The notes under the pieces were generated by a model. It was given only the letters and a program-made list of their open reading frames with translations. It made no database searches and was not told where the DNA came from. Shown piece by piece: positions 29,167 to 36,694 of a stretch of 54,501 nucleotides of DNA. The stretch's first letter is position 1; the number at the start of each line of letters is the position of its first letter. Source of the stretch: an uncultured Bacilli bacterium (lineage in GTDB: Bacteria; Bacillota_I; Bacilli_A; RF39; UBA660); assembly GCA_944363705.1 (NCBI GenBank), contig CALVUY010000002.1, positions 1 to 54,501 of the forward strand, written 5' to 3'. The translations under genes and the position numbers were made by a program.

Positions 29167-29898
29167 TTAATTATTATTTTTCCATAATATTAAGTCATTT
29201 TTTGCTTCAATAACATTATTATATCTAGAATTAATCATTTTATAAAAAATAATTTCAAGATTATCACTTATATCATCTATAACATCACTTATTAATAAAT
29301 TATCACTTTTTTTCTCATTTATTAATTCATTTAAATTATTATAATTAAATGCTTTTTTATTTGTAATTATCTCATATAATATAATTCCTAAAGCATATAT
29401 GTCAAAATTATATGTAACTTTTTCTTTTCTTAATTGTTCAATAGAACAATAAGATACACTACCATAATCAGTTTTACCACCTATAAATTGAGCTGTACCA
29501 TAATCTATAATATATATGTCCTTATTATTAGAAATTAAAATATTACTAGGCTTCAAATCACAATGAACAATAAAACGATTATGTAACATTTCTACTTTTT
29601 CTATTATTTTAATAAAAACATCTATTTTTTCATTTAAGTTATCAAATTTATAATTATTTAATGTAACACCATCTATATATTCATAAATTATATAATAAGG
29701 ATTTTTATTATTAAAAAATAATACTTTAGGAACAAACGACAATTCCTTTATCTTTTGCCATATATATAGTTCGTTATCTAGCATTTTTAGTAAATCTTCA
29801 TCATAGTTTATTAACTCTTTTTTTAATACTAATTTATTCTCATAAGAAAAAGATGTATATACATATTTATTAGCTTCTGTTTCTTTTTTATCTAGCAT
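29167..29898 (-). CDS. Minimal Ser/Thr protein-kinase-like protein (243 aa)
   Basis: Catalytic loop HCDLKPSNILIS, DYG in place of DFG, and SIEQL in the APE position. Candidate beta3 Lys (LVLKKE) and alphaC Glu (DNELYIW). No TM or extra domains. Overlaps the upstream gene by 11 nt. Confidence 0.65.
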   Translation of the reverse strand: MLDKKETEANKYVYTSFSYENKLVLKKELINYDEDLLKMLDNELYIWQKIKELSFVPKVLFFNNKNPYYIIYEYIDGVTLNNYKFDNLNEKIDVFIKIIEKVEMLHNRFIVHCDLKPSNILISNNKDIYIIDYGTAQFIGGKTDYGSVSYCSIEQLRKEKVTYNFDIYALGIILYEIITNKKAFNYNNLNELINEKKSDNLLISDVIDDISDNLEIIFYKMINSRYNNVIEAKNDLILWKNNN

Positions 29899-30199
29899 TT
29901 TGTTTATGTTTATATACCTTTTCTAGAATATCTTTTTGATTAAAAAGAGTTAAATCATCTTCATCTCTACTAATATTTTTAGTAGCATAATCTACTATTC
30001 CTATACCAGGTATTTCATAATCAATATATATAACTTCATAACTAGAATCATCGCCTTTTAATTTAACAATATCTCCAACTTCTAATTTTTCTTCAAAAGA
30101 TGAATTTTTTTGTAAAGACTTAATATATTGCTCATTATTTTCAACTATATTACCATTTTTATCTTTAAATATTAAATCATCAAAACTAAAATTATCCAT
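29888..30199 (-). CDS. 103-aa acidic protein, candidate immunity protein for toxin 1
   Basis: The ATG at 30199 lies inside the last toxin codons (..AAT AAT GGA TAA), an 8-nt overlap, and GGAGG lies upstream. No known motif. Confidence 0.5.
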   Translation of the reverse strand: MDNFSFDDLIFKDKNGNIVENNEQYIKSLQKNSSFEEKLEVGDIVKLKGDDSSYEVIYIDYEIPGIGIVDYATKNISRDEDDLTLFNQKDILEKVYKHKQNAR

Positions 30200-33100
30200 T
30201 ATTACCTCCATTTTCTATAATATTTCTTATAATATTATAAACATTTCTCGTATTATATTTATTATAGAAGTTAATTAAATGATCAGAAATACCAAGTTTC
30301 TTTAATTCTACAATGTTATCTAATTGTTCTTTAGTATATTTCTGTTCAAGCATATTATCTTTTATTTCTTTATTTCCACGTATTTCTTGAATTTGATAAG
30401 ATGATTTGATTAATTCAGTAGCAAGTTCATTTCGTAAATATTTTTCATTCAAGTTACCTGGGAATCTAACTCTATCTAAGGCATCAGCATCTTTTAAAAT
30501 AGTAGCAATTCTATATACCTCGTTAGCATCATTATTACTAATATTATACTTACTAAATATTCTATTAATATCAGCATTAGTATCACCTGTTTCATGATAC
30601 TCTATAACCGCTGCTATTTTATTTAATTCTTCTTCACTATAATTATTCTCTAACTCTTTAAGAGCTTTAACAGCACTAAGTTCAGCATGATTAGTATCAG
30701 TTTGAAGATTCACTCTACCTGAGTCATGGAATTTAGCAGCTTCTATTAGTATATTCATTTGATCAATATTTAATCCTAGTTCTTCTCCCATATACATTGA
30801 ATAAAATAACACTCTTTCAACATGATCTATATTATGTTCAGGAATATTGATATCATAAAGATCATTACTTTTTAAATATCTAACTTCACTTTCAAATCTT
30901 CCTAATAACCCTTTTTCTTTAAACGTATTCATAATATCATAAAGATCTATTTGATTTTGTGCTAGAGGGCTAGACTTAGAAACAAAATTATTATAATAGC
31001 TTAGTGATTGATTTTTACTATTAATTTTATCTAAATTAAGACTTGATACAATAGACTCTTCCTGAGGAATTAATCTAGCTCTTATTTTTATTTGTCCAGT
31101 ATTTTGATCTATCTTAGGATAGGATATAATTTCAAATTCATTATTACGTCCTAATAATAATTCTTGTTGATTATAGTTTTTAATACCTGCAAACTTTTCT
31201 AAATAGGCTGCTTTAGTTCCTTTAGGAACTTCTATTTCTAAGGATATATGTCTTGTACTAGAAATTTTTTTAGGTATAAGCGAAGTACTCATAAAAGCTT
31301 GATCATTAAATTTTTGACCAATATTAAAAGTATTAATTCTATTACCATCTAAATATAAAGCATCTACACCACGGTATACTAAAATATCATCTTTTAAAGG
31401 TTCTGATTTTTCAATAATATTATCCATAGCTTGGACATATTCATCAACATTAGTATATTTAAATAGTTCGTTAAATTTACCAGTAAAATTTATAGATTTA
31501 GTTAGATATTCATTAATTGATGACTTCTTTTTACCATTAAAAAATCTACCTTTAAAATTAGTAATTGTATGTCTCAAATATGCTGTAACTGCTGGACCAG
31601 CTGCTAAAGTATATGTTTGAATCAAGTCTTTTTCAGTTTCAGTATAACTGTTTCCAATTTTATCAAGGATTTGTAACTTTTTATAAGTCTTTTTATCTTT
31701 TCTAGGTAAATATTTAAGATAATCTTTATAGTCAATATCTCTAATAGATTCATTGGACATTTTATCATATGCTTTTTTTACTTCTTGATTATTGGTAGTA
31801 TTTGCAATTATTTCTAATTGATTTAGAAGAAATTGATTAGCATCATTAAAATAATTGGCAATATCATATTTATCTTGAAAAACTTTAACAGAAGCATCAA
31901 TTGACTGTTCAATTGATGAAGTTAATTTAGCAGTTATACTACTACCATCATCAATATTAGTTAATTTCTCTGTTATCTCACTTCCTTCATCTATATCATG
32001 TAATTTTTCAGTTATTTCAACACCATCATTAGAACTATCCCTTATAGAATCAATACCAGCATTAGTTGCTTCTGCAACACTATTTACCACTTCATCGATA
32101 GTTTCTCTTGTATTAGTATTTCCTGAACTATTTATTTTATTAACATCACTAACTACACCATCTTTATCTACACTAAAGAAAGAATCAATATATTCAGGCT
32201 TAATACAATAAACGTTTTTTTCTTCATTAAAATAAACTAAATCTTCTATCTGTGATCCTTTAGGAATCTTTAAAAAAATCGCTCCATCTACAATATTACT
32301 TCCTTGAGATATTCCATTAGCATTTTTAACATCTCTAATTGCATCTATAATACTATCCATTCTAGTAATAGTTGCATCTATATTAATTTCATCAATACTT
32401 GTTGGAGCTCCTCCTCCACTAGCAGTATGGTTATTACAGTATAGACCTATTTCGCTTATAGATGCTATATCAGAACTTGGTATTGTTTTAATATAAACAT
32501 CATAATTAGGGTCTTCAAATAAATTACTAATATACTCTCCTGTTTCTTCACTTATAAATCCTTTATTATTAATATTTTCTATCATACTATCTAGTTGTTC
32601 TTTAGTGAAAAATCCTGATTCTAATCTACTTTTATAAAATCCTGTTATGTCATTTTCATTTAATTGATAGCCATGAATTTCATCAATTTCTCTTGATATT
32701 GGAACTTGTTCTTTTCCTACAGAAATTCCTTTAATTATTTTGGAAATAGCACTTATACCTGGTATATTTATTCCCTTTATTGATTTAGATACTTTATCTG
32801 CTACTCTATTATTTATATTTTCTTGAAGAATAGAAGTATTTATACTTGATATAGAATCAACTACATCATTTGTCGTTTCTATTACATCTTGATTTTCTGA
32901 TATATTAGTATCACTAATACTTTCAACATTACTTAATTTGTTAACAGTTAAAGAAGGTCCATTCATTGTTCCACTTATTATCATACCATAAATAGTACTT
33001 TTTAGAGCATCTAGATTCAATTGATCTCCATCCAATTGTTCTCCTAAAACTGTACCTCTTAAATAAGCATCTATATATTCTTGAGTACCTTCTTCTCCAC

Positions 33101-34694
33101 CTTCTTTTAATATTGATGTTGCTAATTCTTTAAATGATGTTACATTAACATCATTTAATCCTGGTATAGAACCAATCCATTTTTGCAATGTCGCTTCAGA
33201 AAGACCAGATAATGTTCCATAAAAAACAGCATCTCTTGTACTTACACCATTAACTAAAGCTTGATGATAACTATTTCCACCTGCTGATGTTCCCATTAAA
33301 AATGTACCTGCTGTTGGTGTTGTTAACATTCCTAAAGCCATACTCGGTAACATATTACCAACACTCATACTTATCTCATAATTATTATCTAGAAAGTTTG
33401 CAAAATCTTTATCATCACTTAATGCTTCTAATATATATAAACTCTCATATTCTTCAACACTATATACATCACTAGATTGATGCCATGCGGCAAGTCCTAA
33501 AAAGAAATTCTGGGCTCCATCCCCTATTCCTTTACCTGAAACTTTAAAATGATTCATTATATCCGTATAATCATAATTACCATTTTCATCTTTTTTTAGT
33601 CCTTCTAAAAACTTCTCCGCTTTCTTTTGTCCTGCTAATTGATTTATTTGATCTTCTATATCTTCAAGATATTTATTCGCTGAATCTATCCCTTCTTTTT
33701 CATATAAATAATTATATGTTTTTATTAAATCACTATCTTCATCTGCTACTGATATTAATGTCTTTAATAACCCTTCATTATCCATCGCTGTAGCCGTTGT
33801 ATCAGGATAATTTTCTTGTACCCACATACAAAATTCTAATGGGCTTATATTGTCTCCTGTCTTAGTACAATACTCACTATATGATACCTGAGTACCCATC
33901 TGCATTCGCATTTCATCTATTATGCTTTTATCTATTTGAAACTCATAATTAAAGTTTTGGTAATCTTCTTCTTTAACGAGAAACTCATATTTTGCCATCT
34001 TCTTTAATTGTTCTATTTTATATATAGATGTATTTAAAGTAGTTTGTTGGACCTCTAATTCTTCTATTCTTGCTAAATACTCATCATATGTAGAAAACTC
34101 TGTATTCTCGCTTATCGCTTTATCTAAATTTTCTTTTCTATATTCCTCAATAGATGCAAGTTTCTCTTTTACTTCATCATCTTTTTCTTTAAGCACTTCA
34201 AAAAGTTCAGCATAAGTCATACTAGTTACATCTGCTTGATTTAAGCCTAACTTTTCTAACTCTTCTTCTGGACAAGATATTTTATACCCTTCTATTAACT
34301 GATATATTTCACTAGTTATAGTATTCTCATAGTCTTTACACATATTTTCTATAACAGTTAGATTTGTTCCTGATTCTGCAAAGGCATCTTCTTTTAATAT
34401 TCCAAGTTCATTTTCTGTATCTTCTAACATAGTCTGATATAACTCTAATTCTTTTTCTAAACTAGCTTGATATGTCTTTAAATCTGTATTTTCTATATTA
34501 TAACCTTTATCTATATTAGTAAGATCTATTTGCGTATTAGATGTATTTGTTTGTTCTATCTTAGTTTCATTATTAATATTTCCTATATCTACATCTTCCA
34601 CAGGCTCACTACTACTTTTAGATAAGTTGCCATTTGTAATACTTTTTTTAAACTCAGATAATACATTAGGTATATCTATTTTTATCTTATCCAT
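30192..34694 (-). CDS. Giant polymorphic toxin 1: shared 857-aa N-terminal region + R-S-QxE ADP-ribosyltransferase domain + HD domain
   Basis: 1500 aa. ART motifs: YTLAAGPAVTAYLR, LVYRGV (Arg1108, codon 31371-31373), FMSTS (1136-1138) and NQQELLL (1176-1178). HD motifs: DHVERV, KFHDSGR, EYHETGD and KDADALDRVR (about 30462-30845). Confidence 0.8.
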   Translation of the reverse strand: MDKIKIDIPNVLSEFKKSITNGNLSKSSSEPVEDVDIGNINNETKIEQTNTSNTQIDLTNIDKGYNIENTDLKTYQASLEKELELYQTMLEDTENELGILKEDAFAESGTNLTVIENMCKDYENTITSEIYQLIEGYKISCPEEELEKLGLNQADVTSMTYAELFEVLKEKDDEVKEKLASIEEYRKENLDKAISENTEFSTYDEYLARIEELEVQQTTLNTSIYKIEQLKKMAKYEFLVKEEDYQNFNYEFQIDKSIIDEMRMQMGTQVSYSEYCTKTGDNISPLEFCMWVQENYPDTTATAMDNEGLLKTLISVADEDSDLIKTYNYLYEKEGIDSANKYLEDIEDQINQLAGQKKAEKFLEGLKKDENGNYDYTDIMNHFKVSGKGIGDGAQNFFLGLAAWHQSSDVYSVEEYESLYILEALSDDKDFANFLDNNYEISMSVGNMLPSMALGMLTTPTAGTFLMGTSAGGNSYHQALVNGVSTRDAVFYGTLSGLSEATLQKWIGSIPGLNDVNVTSFKELATSILKEGGEEGTQEYIDAYLRGTVLGEQLDGDQLNLDALKSTIYGMIISGTMNGPSLTVNKLSNVESISDTNISENQDVIETTNDVVDSISSINTSILQENINNRVADKVSKSIKGINIPGISAISKIIKGISVGKEQVPISREIDEIHGYQLNENDITGFYKSRLESGFFTKEQLDSMIENINNKGFISEETGEYISNLFEDPNYDVYIKTIPSSDIASISEIGLYCNNHTASGGGAPTSIDEINIDATITRMDSIIDAIRDVKNANGISQGSNIVDGAIFLKIPKGSQIEDLVYFNEEKNVYCIKPEYIDSFFSVDKDGVVSDVNKINSSGNTNTRETIDEVVNSVAEATNAGIDSIRDSSNDGVEITEKLHDIDEGSEITEKLTNIDDGSSITAKLTSSIEQSIDASVKVFQDKYDIANYFNDANQFLLNQLEIIANTTNNQEVKKAYDKMSNESIRDIDYKDYLKYLPRKDKKTYKKLQILDKIGNSYTETEKDLIQTYTLAAGPAVTAYLRHTITNFKGRFFNGKKKSSINEYLTKSINFTGKFNELFKYTNVDEYVQAMDNIIEKSEPLKDDILVYRGVDALYLDGNRINTFNIGQKFNDQAFMSTSLIPKKISSTRHISLEIEVPKGTKAAYLEKFAGIKNYNQQELLLGRNNEFEIISYPKIDQNTGQIKIRARLIPQEESIVSSLNLDKINSKNQSLSYYNNFVSKSSPLAQNQIDLYDIMNTFKEKGLLGRFESEVRYLKSNDLYDINIPEHNIDHVERVLFYSMYMGEELGLNIDQMNILIEAAKFHDSGRVNLQTDTNHAELSAVKALKELENNYSEEELNKIAAVIEYHETGDTNADINRIFSKYNISNNDANEVYRIATILKDADALDRVRFPGNLNEKYLRNELATELIKSSYQIQEIRGNKEIKDNMLEQKYTKEQLDNIVELKKLGISDHLINFYNKYNTRNVYNIIRNIIENGGNNG
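31914..32027 (-). repeat. Three tandem 36-nt (12-aa) repeats in the toxin 1 linker
   Basis: DGVEITEKLHDI / DEGSEITEKLTNI / DDGSSITAKLTSS. Confidence 0.7.
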
Positions 34695-34699
34695 AGCAA
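32125..34699. repeat. 2575-bp direct repeat, copy A (5' part of toxin 1)
   Basis: Matches 41158-43732 at an offset of 9033 bp. The first mismatches are at 32124/41157 and 34700/43733. The translations are identical over 857 aa and the antisense ORFs are identical (33287-33475 and 42320-42508). Confidence 0.9.
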
Positions 34700-34713
34700 G
34701 CCTCCTCTTTTAT

Positions 34714-34956
34714 TTACATTCTATTACTAACATTAGGCATTATACTATTTACTAACTCATTTTCTAATGAATCAACAGTACTTTTTATATTGTTAAAACT
34801 ACCATCTACTACTGTTTTCTCATCTACTACTAAATTTTCCTTAACACTTACTTTTAAGTCATCAAAAGCTTTATCTAATTCTTGATATTTATTTTTAATA
34901 TGATAAAGCTTACTTAATAACTGTTTATATTTTTCTTTAATTAATTCATCCTCCAT
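34714..34956 (-). CDS. 80-aa alpha-helical protein (toxin-partner candidate)
   Basis: The ATG at 34956 follows GAGGTG. The sequence is coiled-coil-like (MEDELIKEKYKQLLSKLYHIKNKYQELDKAFDDLK...). Position immediately upstream of the toxin matches LXG-associated helical proteins. Confidence 0.55.
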   Translation of the reverse strand: MEDELIKEKYKQLLSKLYHIKNKYQELDKAFDDLKVSVKENLVVDEKTVVDGSFNNIKSTVDSLENELVNSIMPNVSNRM

Positions 34957-34969
34957 AATTAGCACCTCA

Positions 34970-35266
34970 CTAACCGATATCATCAAACATCTTAGATATT
35001 TTCTCACTAGTTGCAATATAAGTTTCCATATTCTTTTTTAAAACTAATATATTATTATCATGAATAGAAACAATAGTCTTAAATTTATTTTTAAAGTTTA
35101 AAGCCAAATTATTTAACTTATCAGAATTATCTGTTTTATAATTAAGGTTTAACGATTCAATAGCTGCATTAATATCTTCAATATTTAATTGTTCATCTTT
35201 TGTCTCTACTTCTAAATTTTTAATAGTTTTAGATATTTCCTCAGTACTAAGAAAATTACCATTCAT
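34970..35266 (-). CDS. 98-aa alpha-helical protein (toxin-partner candidate)
   Basis: The ATG at 35266 follows AGGTGA. Helical composition. Ends ..ISKMFDDIG. Confidence 0.55.
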   Translation of the reverse strand: MNGNFLSTEEISKTIKNLEVETKDEQLNIEDINAAIESLNLNYKTDNSDKLNNLALNFKNKFKTIVSIHDNNILVLKKNMETYIATSEKISKMFDDIG

Positions 35267-35275
35267 CTTTATCAC

Positions 35276-35839
35276 CTACATAAATTCATTAATATCTGCT
35301 TCTTTTATTATCTCAATATTTATCTTGGATAACCTTAAATTAACATCTTTTTCTATTTGTTCTATCTTCTCAAAAATATTTTTTACTTTTTCTTTATCTG
35401 TCACTATTTTTTCTTTTATTTTTATTAACTCTTGTTTTTGTTTTGCTAGTTTATTTGCAATAGTTACTGTACAAAAACTCAAATCTAAGTCATTATATAA
35501 GGAAACTAACTCATTAATCTTCTCCCTAAAATCATTAAACTTAGTGATTACCTTATTTTTTTCTTCCAAATTAACTCTAATTTTATTACCAATACTTTTA
35601 TATTGTTCTATTAAAAAAGTATAAATATCATTTAAAGATTTAAGTTCATTATATGTATTATTAAGTTTAATTTTTTCTGAATTTACATTCGTAAAGAAAA
35701 GTCTTGCATGAAAATCATTCCAATAACCGCTAGCCCAATTGAGCTCATTATAAATATTTAAAATATTTTCATAAAAAGATTCTATACTTTTCGTTAATAA
35801 ATCATATTCTTTTTCAAGTGCTAATACATTAATTTCCAT
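35276..35839 (-). CDS. 187-aa helical protein with W-x-x-G-like turn (NWASGYW)
   Basis: The internal ATG at 35839, preceded by AGGTGA, was chosen. The longer ORF-track version (to 36028) would overlap the Esx-like gene. Long coiled-coil C-terminus. Confidence 0.55.
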   Translation of the reverse strand: MEINVLALEKEYDLLTKSIESFYENILNIYNELNWASGYWNDFHARLFFTNVNSEKIKLNNTYNELKSLNDIYTFLIEQYKSIGNKIRVNLEEKNKVITKFNDFREKINELVSLYNDLDLSFCTVTIANKLAKQKQELIKIKEKIVTDKEKVKNIFEKIEQIEKDVNLRLSKINIEIIKEADINEFM

Positions 35840-35930
35840 AGTATCACCTAACCATTTTCCAAATATATAAAAACTACAAAATGTAGTTTCCATATATTTA
35901 GAAAATAAATTTCTAAATAGCTTATCAAAT

Positions 35931-36584
35931 TTATCCTTGAAGTGTGAATGCCTCAGATATTTTTCCTTCAGTATCACCATAAGCTTCAATTGTGCTTTGA
36001 ATAGCAGTTTTAGTTTCTGTTGTAACATTGGTTACAACCTCATCAATTTTAGTTTTAATTTGTCCAAGTGATTCAACTAAGTTTGCTTGTTGTGAACCAC
36101 CAATAAATCCAGAATTTTGAACAGCACTCTGAGCATTAGATAATGCTGATTCTGCATCTGATGCCAATCCAGGTAATTTATTAGCTACATTTTCAGCGTT
36201 TGCTTTATCTATCCCTCTAACACCTCCAATGTTTTCTAAAATTACACCTGCATCGATTGTTTTAGCAGTTGGTGTAAAAGATACTGGAGAATAGCTTGAC
36301 TCAGTACGAGCAGCCCATGCTTGTCCTGCACTGTTCATAGATGCAACAACGCTTTCAAAAGTACTATTAGAGCTTGTTATAATACTATCAATCGCTGGTT
36401 TAAAAGAATTAGTAAAGAATTTTTGTGCTTGTGTACAAGCCCATTTATCTTGCATTCCTCCTACAAAATCACTTTGCATCTTGTCTCCTAAAACTCCTAT
36501 TAATTCCTCATAGGCAGATATAACTTTTCCTATAGATTGACTTACAATTTCTGGATCAAATCCTGTAATACTTGATGTTGCCAT
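35931..36584 (-). CDS. Double-length WXG100/Esx-like protein (217 aa)
   Basis: The N-terminal half has Esx-like layout: ..DPEIVSQSIGKVISAYEELIGVL....DKWACTQAQKFF, i.e. W-A-C in place of W-x-G, followed by A..F. The second helical half has GFIGGSQQANL. The C-terminus ends EAFTLQG, reminiscent as I recall it of the F-G-L-Q end of S. aureus EsxA. First gene behind a strong promoter. Confidence 0.55.
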   Translation of the reverse strand: MATSSITGFDPEIVSQSIGKVISAYEELIGVLGDKMQSDFVGGMQDKWACTQAQKFFTNSFKPAIDSIITSSNSTFESVVASMNSAGQAWAARTESSYSPVSFTPTAKTIDAGVILENIGGVRGIDKANAENVANKLPGLASDAESALSNAQSAVQNSGFIGGSQQANLVESLGQIKTKIDEVVTNVTTETKTAIQSTIEAYGDTEGKISEAFTLQG

Positions 36585-36635
36585 TTTTCATACCTTCTTT
36601 CTTATTAATATTTGATAGTCATCCTATCTGAATTA

Positions 36636-36676
36636 ATCATAATATATTAACACTTAACTGTCAATTAAAATTGACA
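36636..36676 (-). promoter_or_regulatory. Strong sigma-A promoter (TTGACA-17-TATGAT) with palindrome over the -35
   Basis: Minus strand: -35 TTGACA (36659-36664), a 17-nt spacer and -10 TATGAT (36636-36641). Perfect palindrome TGTCAATT-AA-AATTGACA at 36659-36676. Confidence 0.7.
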
Positions 36677-36694
36677 ATAATTTACACAACTTAT

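Noticed and set aside
29167-29898. Kinase-like ORF as the missing EssB/YukC (which has a pseudokinase fold)
   Set aside because: EssB/YukC proteins are about 400+ aa and bitopic with a TM helix, and they lack catalytic residues. This ORF is 243 aa with no TM and has an intact HxDLKPxN catalytic loop, so it is not a plausible EssB orthologue.
33287-33475. Identical 62-aa + strand ORFs at 33287-33475 and 42320-42508
   Set aside because: Their identity is simply a consequence of the 2575-bp repeat. They are antisense to the toxin genes and have no RBS. They are useful only as confirmation of the repeat offset (9033 bp).
35840-36028. Long N-terminal extension of the 250-aa ORF overlapping the Esx-like gene
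   Set aside because: The extension overlaps the 3' end of the Esx-like CDS by 98 nt and has no RBS. An internal ATG at 35839 has a strong AGGTGA RBS and leaves a normal intergenic gap, so the short form was annotated.
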